DNA from: Leptogorgia sarmentosa
Taxonomy: Eukaryota
NCBI GenBank assembly: GCA_964658305.1
Contig: OZ210884.1
Location: 5,518,001 to 5,582,000, forward strand
Direction of reading: 5' to 3'
Length of the DNA stretch: 64,000 nucleotides
The translations under genes were made by a program, and so were the position numbers. Within the stretch, counting starts at the first letter, position 1; each line of letters starts with the position of its first letter. Below, one piece after another: positions 1-12,400 of this stretch. Below the pieces are notes generated by a model, which saw only the letters and a program-made list of their open reading frames with translations, searched no databases and was not told the origin of the DNA.

Positions 1-9
1 TTGAAGACC

Positions 10-135
10 TTTGTTAAGAAGCTTGGTTGAGGGACATGGTTAAGGAGCATGGTTGAGGAGCATGGTTGAGAATCTTGGTTAAGGAGCATGGTTATTTCAC
101 GAGCAAGGTTGAGGAACATATGGTTGAGGATTGTG
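10..135. repeat. Degenerate ~13-bp tandem repeat (CATGGTTGAGGAG-like), intronic in tetraspanin A
   Basis: Consecutive units catggttaaggag / catggttgaggag / catggttgagaat / cttggttaaggag are visible. Confidence 0.7.
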
Positions 136-326
136 TGTTCAAGGCTTCTTGTCCTTGGTGGGTTGATAAAGCCCAGAGACACATCCAATATGGCCAAAGA
201 ACGATATGCACAATAACAATTTGTACAAAGTTCTCACAATATGAATATGAAACAGGGAATTCATTGGTTTTTACATTCATATCAATATGTGCCCCTGCAT
301 TGTTTCAATACCTAGTATTTTTTAAG

Positions 327-2233
327 TTGAAAGACGAGCTGTATGGTGATATGAAGGCATCCCTTGAGGAGTATGGCAGGGATGATCAAGATGGGATCAC
401 TGATGGCTGGGATTGGATACAGAGAAAGGTACAACTAGTATGCAGTATGAAATTTTGAGAATCTGGAGTATCAAGATTCTCCGAAATGTCTTTTCCAAGG
501 TCTCATACCACCTCATTTGTTCATTGATATATGTTGAATTTAAATTACTTGTGTTTTCGAAGTGCAAGATTTTGCCTCCATAATGATAAATCATAAAATT
601 ATGGGTTGGGATTGAGAGATATTAAGGGTTGTTAAATTATTTGGGGGGAACTGCGGTCCGCAGTATTTTCACGCCCCTAAATTTCGGTATTTGTATCATT
701 AGTTTGAGTGCTGCGGAGTGAACAATACAATTGACTGGGCAATACATTATGCGGTGTTCAATGGAAGTCATAACAAAGTCCCAGACAGTTGCTGTGTTGT
801 TGAAAATAAAGGTTGTGGTGACCCGTACAAGTTCACCAACGGCACCATCATAAATGGTATTTATACCAAGGTAAGTGGCTCAAAGTATTCGGAGAATTTT
901 CCCAAAACGTTTCCTGTATTGGTGAGTTCAGCTGGGGTGAATATTCAGGTGGGTATAGCATAACTGGGATACTGTAATCATCTCCACGAAATATGTTGGA
1001 AATCGGACCAAGCACAAGCTGTGCAGGCATAATTTGTTTTACAATACATACAGCCTTTGTGTAATTTACAATAGGCTGTAGCAATATACAGCGGACCCAT
1101 GAAAAAGAAGTCTAAAAGTGCCAAATAGATGAAGGGGTTAGGGTAAGGTGTATATGGCGGGAAAATAAAACAGCGAACCGTTTGAGATGCTAGAATTTTT
1201 TATGGCCAGCAGAAGAACTTCAGTTGACGCCACAATGGCCTTAATGTGTCATTACATTGTAATGGGATGTAATTAATGTCTACCATACTAATACAACCAT
1301 ATTACGCTTGCTCTTGTCAGCTACTTCCTAGCTTAGTGGTCAAAGCAGTGCACCGGCATCGCACAGGCGTAGGTTCGATTCCTGCCGGAGGACCTATAGT
1401 TGTTGAATTTTTCTCAACTGTTCCCGGTTGGAATTTCGATATGTGTATGATTTCCAGTTGATACTAAGGCACGTTAACCCACCAGAAGAATAATTTCCGC
1501 ATCGAGTGAAGTGCCGCAAAATCACATTTAATGGGATGTACTACTTTCATATACTGTATAATGACCTGAAAAAAACATTGCATGCAATTAAGTAATTAAA
1601 TAAAACCTATTATTATAGTATCACTTAGATCAGCTGTAGCACCAAGATTCCATATGAGAGGTTGACTAAATGTTACCAATTTTGTTCCCAGTTTTGCAAA
1701 TTCGTTAAAAGAACTGAAGTCTTGAGTATAACATCTGTGGACTTTTGTTCTAATGAAACTTCTACACTTTATATTTTAATTTTATAGGGATGTTTCAATG
1801 AACTGAAAGACTTTTTGGAAAGTAATCTTCTGGTGATGGGAATATTGGCAGCTGTCTTTGTCGTCATTGAGGTGAGATGATATTAAATTTCTATGTATTG
1901 TTTGTCACAGTATTGATAATAAATGTGCGAATGATAAACTCGACTTCCAAATTTTCCTTTTTTTACTTTCGTGTCAATTTACATTAATTCTCCATTTATA
2001 CACCACATATTGTCAGTCTAATTAACGTTTCTTTAACTCGTATTCAGTCCCCAACTCTTGCCTCTTTTCATCTATCTTCAACTCAAATCTATTTTGATAA
2101 GAGCTTTGGCTGTTATATGCACATTCAAATTTTTCAAAGTTCTGACAAAAATTTATTCTATTTTCAGCTTGTCGCGATGATTCTGGCTTTCCTTTTGCTC
2201 AATTATTTCAAAACTAACGATGGATACGTTTGA
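327..2233 (+). CDS. Tetraspanin A, 3' part (6-Cys large extracellular loop, CD63/CD151-type); 5' exons lie outside the window
   Basis: Phase-0 GT-AG exons 327-428, 703-870, 1788-1871, 2168-2233. They translate to LKDELYGDMKASLEEYG...WDWIQRK|FECCGV...VPDSCC...GCG...IYTK|GCFNELKDFLESNLLVMGILAAVFVVIE|LVAMILAFLLLNYFKTNDGYV*. CCG, PxSCC and GC motifs and TM4 are present. Confidence 0.93.
1272..1528 (+). mobile_element. tRNA-derived SINE-like insertion in a tetraspanin A intron
   Basis: A-box-like TAGCTTAGTGG (~1328) and B-box GGTTCGATTCC (~1372). Flanked by the 12-bp direct repeat TAATGGGATGTA at 1260-1271 and 1529-1540. Confidence 0.7.
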
Positions 2234-2621
2234 GGAATTTATAGTCCTCACAGAAAGTCGTGCTTAACTCTATGTCAAAACTATTAACTTTATCATCATG
2301 TACTATGTGAAAATATATTGACGTTATCAAACTATTGACGGGCATAAAATAGTAGGACCGTGCTGCAATGAATGACGACTGTAAGATGGCTAGTCTAAGA
2401 CAAAACTCCAAACTCTTTGTTGTAATTTATCCTGATTCAATTTCTTGTTCCAACATGGAAAGTGCGCAATTTTCTGCGCAAATGTTTGTTATTGTAGATT
2501 TTGGAATTTTTTTGAAGATGAGCCAATAACAGTTAACTATTAGCCTGCTTCTTTTCCTCTTGAGTTAAAATTCTAACAACTGAGTCTCCAAAAACCATGA
2601 CCAGCCGACAATTTAAAAAAA

Positions 2622-2853
2622 TAAAGTAAGAAACAAATTCCGAAAAGACAGGACATCTTGAGAATTCAATATATGATTCAAAACAAGACGCAGTTTGATA
2701 CTGTAAATTTTCGACTTTATTTCAAAGTTATGACTACCCCAAGATGACTTTGAAATAAAGTCGAAAATTTACAGTATCAAACTGCGTCTTGTTTTGAATC
2801 ATATATTGAATTCTCAAGATGTCCTGTCTTTTCGGAATTTGTTTTTTACTTTA
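2622..2853. repeat. Long near-perfect inverted repeat (~110-bp arms, 12-nt spacer)
   Basis: 2622-2731 is the reverse complement of 2744-2853 with about 2 mismatches. Confidence 0.95.
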
Positions 2854-3785
2854 ACTGAGTTTCCAATGACAAACTTTGTTATGCGCAGAAAAAATGCGCA
2901 GCAGATTCTTGACCATCATTTAACTACGATGTCCTGAAGAAGGAAATGACAACAAGGAGTATGTGTCGATTTTTATGATGTATATTCATATTATGCTGTA
3001 TATAATATTATATAGTCGTTCTATGTTTTCAATTTCATTACTGTTTTATCGTTTAATAAATGCTTCTTTATTGATATTTGAGAATACAGTTATTACAGTT
3101 ATAGTATTGCTACAAAACATTTTATAAAATTTCTCATTCAATTTTTTGTAACACAAGAAAGCAAGAGGGGGGGGGCTCTTGCTAGAGGGGGGCTCGCGTC
3201 TGCAGTAGCCTTCGGACTGTTCACCCCCCCCCCCCCCCTAGAATTGCCTAAACCTAACACGACCAGAGGTAGCACGTGACAACTCTCCAGAACTCCATCA
3301 TTTAAGCATTCATCCAAATCTGCCAGAAAGTTTTCGGTTATATTTCATGTTACGCACACTAATTCATTTCTATCACGTCCTATCATATTATACATATGAA
3401 CTAAACAGAATTGGTTTGGCGAAATGTTTTCTCGCAAACCAAATTTACTTTCCCTATATGATCAGACCCTTATTGACCGTTACCTGACAGTACAGTAACA
3501 TAAAAACACAAAAACGTAGAATGCGAAAATTATTAGTATTTTAATGACATCACGTTTTGATGACATTACGTATATAATTATTACATGAAAACAAATGCAG
3601 AGAGAGGAAAATAGTAGTATTTTAATTATGACATAATTATGTAATAATGACGTATTACTGAACAACAGAAACACACGTGTTCTATATAGCTAACATAATA
3701 GCTGCATGAACACCGATGATATTCTTTTCTTTTAGTTACTGAGTAAATATATGAAATCAGACCAAGAAGGTGTTTGAAATTTATT

Positions 3786-6700
3786 TTAATTTTTGGCAAG
3801 ATGTTTGCCTTCTCCACGAGACAATTTAAGCAGCATCAATCCAGTGAAACACATCACCAACATCTAGAAAATTTATCATGTACAAATGAAGTATGAGGTA
3901 TTGAAATGAGGTATTGAGTTTGAGGTATTGAAATGAGGCATTTTATGAAACGAAACAAGCAAAGTTAGGATTAGGAACTCATTTCAGTACCTCAAAAGCG
4001 GGAGTATAAACAGTCTTTTAATTATGTGGTAACATAAACGATTTGAATATTTACCTGGAACAAGGCAAAAGCAATTAAAGATGCAGAGCCCATTTCCAAC
4101 GTACGTTTCAAGTTCTTTTCCACTTCATGGTAGCAACCCTAGCAAGATCAATTATCTTAGATACGCATAATGCATGAAGCAGTAGAGTCTTCAGGATACT
4201 GATAGAGAAATTTAGCAAACATGACGTGACCGTCCAAGACGTCGTGAAAATGGCGTAAAATAGACGTGGCACATCCATAGGTGGGCACCAGGGCCGTAAC
4301 TAACCCTAACCCCACTCTGCAATCTTTCAAACAGGGTCAAGCGGGGGGATTTTTTGTGGGTGAGGGGTTGTTTTGAATTTTCACAATCTGATAAAATATT
4401 TTAGCAAACTTTTCTATCATTTTCTGTTGTGCAGGAAAGGGTTAATAAGGAAACATTCACAAAAAACAGCCAGATATTTCTAAAGTTATTTCTAAAAATT
4501 AAAATTGAACGTTGGGATTCGTTTTCACAACAGCCCATCAAGGCATCAACGAGCCCGCAATTAGAGAATCCGTGCTTCATAGCGGCATGCGGCCCAACCT
4601 CATACCCAGGGTCTTGACCCTCGCTCCCCGCTGAGGAAAGACCCTGGGTATGAGGTTGCATGCGGCCGGTGGCTTTAAAGATTAATAGTTGTGCAACAAT
4701 CAACAAATAATTAATTCTTTGAAAAAGCATGGTCTTACTGGCTGTTTTAAAAATATGTTGTACTTACGACTTCATATTCTTTACAAGTCCCTGGTATTTC
4801 TTTTCCCAGTGTTGTAAAATCTTCTGGTCCCATACGACCACAGCACTCATACTAAATGAACAAACATTTTTCAGTTAGATTTAAATTTAAGTGTAGCAAT
4901 GACGTGACCCGCATACACATATTCTAAAATTTATTTTCGGAAAGAATATGAATTATTTACGCACTATTCAGGTAGTAAAAAATGCCACCAATAACATAGA
5001 CTCTGTGCCTTCTGTTAATGTTTCAGCGCTTTAAAAAAATTGTTAGAGTGCTGTGCGTGCTAGAGAGGATTTCGCGTTAGAAATGTGTCGACGTCTGTAT
5101 TAGAGAGATATCTGTATTAGAGAGATGTCTGTATTAGAGAGGTGTCTGTATTAGAGAGATGTCTGTATTAGAGAGGTGTCTGTATTAGAAAGGTGTCTGT
5201 ATTAGAGAGGTGTCTGTATTAGAGAGATGTCTGTATTAGAGAGATGTCTGTATTAGAGAGATATCTGTATTAGAGACGTGTCTGTATTAGAGAGATGTCT
5301 GTATTAGAGAGATGTCTGTATTAGAGAGGTGTTTGTATTAGAGAGGTGTCTGTATTAGAGAGATGTCTGTATTAGAGAGATGTCTGTATTAGAGAGATAT
5401 CTGTATTAGAGAGGTGTCTGTATTAGAGAGATGTCTGTATTAGAGAGATATCTGTATTAGATAGATGTCTGTATTAGAGAGGTGTCTGTATTAGAGAGGT
5501 GTCTGTATTAGAGAGATGTCTGTATTAGAGAGGTGTGTGTATTAGAGAGGTGTCTGTATTAGATAGATGTCTGTATTAGAGAGGTGTCTGTATTAGAGAG
5601 GTGTTTGTATTAGAGAGATGTCTGTATTAGAGAGATGTCTGTATTAGAGAGATGTCTGTATTAGAGAGATATCTGTATTAGAGAGGTGTCTGTATTAGAG
5701 AGATATCTGTATTAGAGAGGTGTCTGTATTAGAGAGATGTCTGTATTAGAGAGGTGTCTGTATTAGAGAGATGTCTGTATTAGAGAGATGTCTGTATTAG
5801 AGAGATGTCTGTATTAGAGAGATGTCTGTATTAGAGAGGTGTCTGTATTAGAGAGGTGTCTGTATTAGAGAGATATCTGTATTAGAGAGGTGTCTGTATT
5901 AGAGAGATGTCTGTATTAGAGAGGTGTCTGTATTAGAGAGATGTCTGTATTGGAGAGGTGTCTGTATTAGAGAGGTGTCTGTATTAGAGAGATGTCTGTA
6001 TTAGAGAGATGTCTGTATTAGAGAGATGTCTGTATTAGAGAGATGTCTGTATTGGAGAGGTGTCTGTATTAGAGAGGTGTCTGTATTAGAGAGATATCTG
6101 TATTAGAGAGGTGTCTGTATTAGAGAGATATCTGTATTAGAGAGGTGTCTGTATTAGAGAGATGTCTGTATTAGAGTGATATCTGTATTAGAGAGGTGTC
6201 TGTATTAGAGAGATATCTGTATTAGAGAGGTGTCTGTATTAGAGAGATGTCTGTATTAGAGTGATATCTGTATTAGAGAGATGTCTGTATTAGAGAGATG
6301 TCTGTATTAGAGAGATGTCTGTATTAGAGAGGTGTCTGTATTAGAGACGTGTCTGTATTAGAGAGGTGTCTGTATTAGAGAGATGTCTGTATTAGAGAGA
6401 TGTCTGTATTAGAGAGATGTCTGTATTAGAGAGGTGTCTGTATTAGAGAGATGTCTGTATTAGAGAGATGTCTGTATTAGAGAGATGTCTGTATTAGAGA
6501 GGTGTCTGTATTAGAGACGTGTCTGTATTAGAGAGGTGTCTGTATTAGAGAGGTGTCTGTATTAGAGAGATGTCTGTATTAGAGAGGTGTCTGTATTAGA
6601 GAGATGTCTGTATTAGAGAGATGTCTGTATTAGAGAGGTGTCTGTATTAGAGAGATGTCTGTATTAGAGAGGTGTCTGTATTAGAGAGATGTCTGTATTG

Positions 6701-8844
6701 GAGAGGTGTCTGTATTAGAGAGGTGTCTGTATTAGAGAGATGTCTGTATTGGAGAGGTGTTTGTATTAGAATTAAAAAAGTGTTATAACTCTATAGAAAC
6801 ACGGAAAATGTTTTCTATTTCTTAAATACTACAGTACCTTCTCATGTATCTTGTCCCAGGCGTCTTTGATGTCACCCTCGCCCTCTTTGTGGTATTTTCT
6901 TAAAGTTTCGACCATCTCAACAGGAAGATCGTCCTGAACCTAAAAAATACATGGATGCCTAACTCTTCATTCTTCTTTAAATGCTGACAAGGTGGAGAAG
7001 AGACGAGGATCTGTCATCATCGCCGGGCTAGGGGGGAGGGGGGGTGGTTGTCGCTGTGATCGCCTGGTCATTCCGTCTCAAAATACTCAGATTTTGTAGA
7101 TATTTTGAATCAAGCATAAACTGTCATGAGTATGCCTCAGATATCCAACACTGCCTATAAACAGGATTTCATGCATGGATTTTGGCAATTGTCCCATTTT
7201 GGAAAAATGATTATGAATTTACATACATGTAACCGCGTTAAGAGCTAACCTCGTACCCAGGGTCTTTCCTCTGCGGGGAGCGAGGATCAAGACCCTGGGA
7301 ACGAGGTTGGTTAAGAGCCACGGCATTGACATGGCGAAACAACCTCGTACCCAGGGCTTATTGGCTTCTCGGCGCAGCTATAAGCCCTGGCGCAAGCCAA
7401 AGCGGAAGTGATTTGAGAAGCCAATAAGCCCTGGGCACGAGGTTGGCAAACACCCAGATTTGTGGTGTTCCGGTTTGGCTTGCGCCAGGGCTTATGGCTA
7501 CGCCGAGAAGCCAATAATCCCTGGGTACGAGGTTGATGGCGAAAGGGACTTACCTCATCTCTCCAGGTGAAACCAACGATACCAGCGCCAACTTCAAGAC
7601 CGAAAGTGATTACCAAGATGAAAAAGAACTAAAAAAGAAAGAGTGTTAAAATAATCAGTGACCGTAAGGAGATCGAGAAGAATTTAAATAGGGTTCAAAG
7701 ACAATAACCTATCGATATTCCCAGCAACTACAGTTCATGCATGTAGTTTCACGTCATTGAAGCAAGCGCGATATTTTTGAATTCGGTTCTCGTAGGATAT
7801 AGGAAATTATTACGGCCTATGCTTCGGCAGTTAACACAAACCTCCGTCTTAACATGTACAATTCCCATATCCTACTTGACCTGATTTAAGTATAATTATT
7901 GTATATTTTTTCTGAACAAAATTGCAGTGATTGATAGAAAACGTATAACACTTACGAGATACAGTGTTCCCTGACTCTTGGTGAGTGCACCGATAAGTCC
8001 AATCAAAGCAAAAAGTATCATAGCTGCACCAGCACCCATACCAATGAATATGATAACACTTGAATCAAAACCACTGACATCTTCTTCTTTCAAGTACACA
8101 CTGTCATCATCAAAGTACAAGAATACACTGATAGCAAGTAGGGCAGCGCCCAAAGCCTAAAGATACGTTTTTGTTAGACAGGTGCAACATGATGAAAATG
8201 TTGAATGGCAGAAATCGCAGTAATCTCTCCCTATGCCATGCAGTTGGTCACCCCTCACAGAAAATATACGGAGTCTTCAGTTTGGAAACAAGGTGTTTGT
8301 CATATTCCGTGGAAATATAGGATATACAATGGTACCCTCAAGTTTCGTGCAAGGTTACGCTGATCAGTAGCCAACTTGTTTCGCGGGGAAATGAAGAAAA
8401 AGAAATGAAACAGTATTGTACCCAAGAATAATAAGAAGCAAACGACAACAAAGGAAACTGATGGTAGAGAGAGATATACTGAATAGGATACAGTTAGGCG
8501 AACTGATTGAAAGATGAAAAGCTAGTCAGAGAGAATAGAATGAAATATAAATGGTGTAGAAGCAGATGGTGTAGAATGAAAGATGGTGTAGAATGAAAGA
8601 CAAAGAAAGTGAATGAAATACTATAGGATGTGAATGAAAGAATACAAGACGAAACGAAAAAGGAAAATTAACAATGACGCATAAAGAGTAAGGAACTCGA
8701 GTATGATTTTACGAAAAGAAGGTGAATATTGTGGAAAAGAATCGGGTAATAAATTGTAGAATTTCTCTTTATGCTTACCATTATGACTGACACAAATGTC
8801 ACTAAGATTAACTTCACAGAACCGAACGTACATGCTTGCCCCAT
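3786..8844 (-). CDS. Tetraspanin B, complete, ~229 aa, short 4-Cys large loop
   Basis: Phase-0 GT-AG exons 8844-8779 (MGQACTFGSVKLILVTFVSVIM), 8156-7956, 7628-7554 (FFFILVITFGLEVGAGIVGFTWRDE), 6939-6838 (...DAWDKIHEK), 4851-4768 (YECCG...PGTC), 4138-4055 (GCYHEV...LFQ), 3863-3786 (...KHLAKN*). Four hydrophobic segments. Confidence 0.92.
4595..4658. mobile_element. 64-bp MITE (CAACCTC...GAGGTTG terminal inverted repeats) with 9-bp TSD
   Basis: TIRs caacctcatacccagggtctt / aagaccctgggtatgaggttg. TSD CATGCGGCC at 4586-4594 and 4659-4667. Confidence 0.88.
5093..6770. repeat. 17-bp minisatellite, ~98-99 copies (GTCTGTATTAGAGAG[A/G]T), inside a tetraspanin B intron
   Basis: Directly visible tandem array. 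Main variants are ...agagatgt, ...agaggtgt and ...agatatct. Confidence 0.98.
7246..7309. mobile_element. 64-bp MITE, same family as 4595-4658, opposite orientation, 9-bp TSD
   Basis: The internal sequence is nearly the reverse complement of 4595-4658. TSD GTTAAGAGC at 7237-7245 and 7310-7318. Confidence 0.88.
7340..7535. mobile_element. 196-bp MITE with CAACCTCGTACCCAGGG TIRs, an internal extra TIR copy and 9-bp TSD
   Basis: TSD ATGGCGAAA at 7331-7339 and 7536-7544. Long TIR caacctcgtacccagggcttattggcttctcggcg. An extra right-end copy ends at ~7445. Confidence 0.88.
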
Positions 8845-9195
8845 CTTCTATATACAAGAAATACATTTGAATAAGTACTAGGTCTGTTAGTTAAGAAGAA
8901 AATTTTTCTAAGCCTCAATGCCTCATATTTTCGAAGAAATACATTCCAAACCCAACAATTCGTGTCTGGGGATTGAGGAATGTATTCAACTTTTAATGGC
9001 GTTAAGTTGATTCCATACTACGTGACCAAGACAGTTATCCTAAATAATGAGTGGCTAAAAGTAAGATGGTTATCACTCAAGTCCAATTCTTAATCATTAT
9101 GTGCTTTATAATGGGCATTCGAGAATAACTAATTCAACCATTAATAATGATTTTTTGTAAATTTAATAATCTCTCTAGTTTTGATACTGTTATAA

Positions 9196-9488
9196 TTAAC
9201 AATTAGATTACGAGCTCGAGATTTCTATGCGGTGATAGTTGATGAGGGCGAAGCCCGAATCAACTATCATCTCGTAGAAATCCAGAGCGAGTAATCTAAT
9301 TGTTTTAGTAGAATCAGAGATCAGAGATCAAACATGAAAATATTGCAAAAAATAATTTAAAAACGCGTCTCAGAAGACATTTTCTTGAACGAAAATTCAC
9401 ATGTTTTGCTACTCGCTATCTATCTAGCGAGTAGAGTAGCCAATCAAATTGCAGCATTTGCAATAGTATACGAGTATGATTCTACTAA
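9196..9488. mobile_element. ~290-bp interspersed repeat, copy 1 (copy 2 inverted at 53736-54034)
   Basis: Near-identical reverse-complement match to 53736-54034. Internal hairpin gatagttgat...atcaactatc and aacaattagattac...gtaatctaattgtt. Confidence 0.85.
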
Positions 9489-12400
9489 CAACAGTTAAAA
9501 AACAGTTGTTATAAGACTATTAAGACTACTAATTTTATCAGTCAAACCTGAGTGCAAGGATTATTAATAGCAATTATTATCTGAAACACTAAGCGCTCAA
9601 AGAATCGAGAATCAAAACTGATTCTCAAAATCTATAATGAACTATTCAATCACTGCCCGATTCGATTAGCGATAGAGGATGGCAAATTAAAATATTTAAC
9701 TACAACACCTAAAAAATTCTTTACTTGCTAAAAAAAATATTGCTTTGAGCATTTTTATTCTGAAACTGACAAGTATTTTTTTCTCAAAACTAGAATTGCA
9801 AATTTTGCTGTGTTTATATAATTATGTCAATTTAATATTTATATCATAGCTATTTAATTCATTTTTTGGCATAAAAGAGGCACAACGTCAAAGAACAACA
9901 TAGAGAAAAACAACAAACATAGAGGAACCACGACGCTCCCAGGAATTTTTTAACACATAGTTTCATCACCTATGTATCGGTTGAGCAGTTTGGAAAGCGC
10001 TGGATAACATACGTAAACCTGCACAACAAAATGTAAATTTCCGTTGACAAACATGCCACATATCACGCTGACAAGAAAATTTGGGTATAAGAATAATTAT
10101 GAGCTTTAATACTTTTGTTGTGAGTCATCCAGTTTAAAATGCTTCTCTTCAGTTATGTTTTCAAAATGTATCACAATAGCCCTGCATGGTTTCACTGTTG
10201 TCACGGTAACCCGTGGGAGTATTATGTGAGGAATGCTATTAAAATATTGAATAGCGGTTAATTTGAAAGAGTTTTTAACTATGTAATTATTAAAAAATAA
10301 AGTGCTACGAATAACTTTAAATTTCACTCAAACTAAAATCTTCCTCAGTGTTTACATGTGTTTTGGTCGTGTTTTTTCCGATGAAAACGATTTTAAAAAA
10401 ACCCTGAAAAATTTATCATTTGTTCAGGGTCTTATTTTATTATTTTATTTTCAGAGACTTCTTTTTATTTTCTTTTATTTTCAAATTCAATGAAATCTGA
10501 TTGACCGCCACACAATTTATACAATAATTCCTCCGGGATTATTCTCTCAAGAAGAGTTTATTCCATTGAGTGTTGAAAGGATACAGTATATGGAAAAATT
10601 AGCGTGAAATAACAGATTTTAAAGCTTTTATGTGAAAAATGCCTTGAAGTAAAAATTATTATCAATTTGTGAATGTTACCTCATTTTATATGTGGTTATA
10701 TATCTATACAAGCAAACACTTTATATTTAGAGAAACAATTAGACTTTACTAGAATTCTTTTTCGGCCTCTTCCGGCGAGAAAAAGTAGTGGAATATTGAG
10801 GTAGCAGGGGATCGTGAGGGATGATTGTGCAATTAAGCGTTCATTTTGAAGGCTTCTCTAACCTACCATCGACGCGCCCCGACAACACTTGACATTTCTG
10901 CCGTTTTCATCGCTTACATGCAACGTGATGAAGCTAGCATTCACATAGGATGCGGCTTTCTTTTGCAAAATGATTGTTTTTTTATGTAATGGCGTTTCCC
11001 AATGCATTCTTGAGTACGTGCATTTGGCCGTGTTATAATTAAGTAAAATTGTAATAATAAGTCACGTTTACCGTTTATTTACAGTATCGCGATGATATAC
11101 CGGGGCTGGTTTGTCATGTCCCTGCAGCCTGAACCACAAAAATTCTGCGTAGTTTTAATAAGAATTATGTAGACATTTTTGATAATTTTTTTCCTGCTAA
11201 ACTTTGACCAGCTTTTCTTATTTCTGGTATTTTTTTATGAAACAGCTTATTCACGAAAAATCTAAAAAATCCCTGAAATATTGCTTAACAATCCCGAAAC
11301 ATAACTTCAAAAATCTCAAACCTTAAAAAATCTCAAAGCTGATTTCCAAGGGGTTTCTGAAATCATTTAAATCTCTTGGACTTTCTTTGATTAATGACAC
11401 ACCCATTGTTCACTCTCAAATAGCTTAAAAAGTTTGTTAGTCTGTAACCAATTAGTTAATTAAAAGCTAGTTCTGTCGCTTTTTATTTATCATTTTTATG
11501 CAAAAAGTCTTTTTGAAAGCTAGAACGGTAGTTTTTATATGGAGTTAAAGTCGTCAATTTTTTTATTTTTAGCAAAGGTAAGCAAGACAGAGTATTTCAA
11601 GTCTGATCCAAAAGTGCAATATAGAATAAACTTCCAATTTAAATTGTTAGTAAAGATATTTTAGTATGATAAAGGGATATTTATATGTTTATATTATTGA
11701 TCACTACATGACCAGCTGGAAGTTGTAAACGGATTCAATTGTAACATATATGGGCTTAATTATTGTACAAAATAAGACTCAGCATTTAGACTAAATTTTG
11801 GTTAAGGCTTAAAGTAAAATAGTTAAGAAGATATACTGGTAAAAGATGCAGGGCTGGTTTATGTATTACTAGAAAAATGGACTAATGGCTTATGGCTTTG
11901 GGGTTTTCTAAAAATCGTGCAGTGACACTGAGAAGTGAACAGGACTGAATTCCAAACAGTTTTTGGTAATTTTTTATACCAAACCCCAAATTTGACTTGC
12001 CGTTCACATTTGTTCACATATTTGTGAAAGTACCTAATATCTATTTGCCGTGAAATTAAAAACTTTAAATTCTAAATTTGTTATTATTTTTGAATTTTGA
12101 AAAATACGAAAATCCATACAGACATGCAGTGAAAATTGGCTTCGTACCAAACGACAAACGCAAATCTCAACGTCTTGATTACTGTAAACCTACCTAATTT
12201 AGTTTATTCACGTGGTGAATACACCGGCAAACTTCTCGAACAAACCAGATGCTAAATGCATGCCCTAACCGGACTGTGAATCGTGACGCTGGAATGTGCA
12301 GTTAAATAATATCTCAACGGGGAGCTCTCAAATGACCTTATTTATCACGTCAAAGAAAATTTCTGTTTATTTAATTGGAATAATGCTATGTCTTCAATCA

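Noticed and set aside
66..458. 130-aa ORF as a standalone gene
   Set aside because: Only 327-428 is coding (a tetraspanin exon). The rest is intron read-through, including a tandem repeat.
1318..1395. Functional tRNA gene
   Set aside because: A and B boxes are present, but I could not fold a proper acceptor stem. It sits inside a TSD-flanked insertion.
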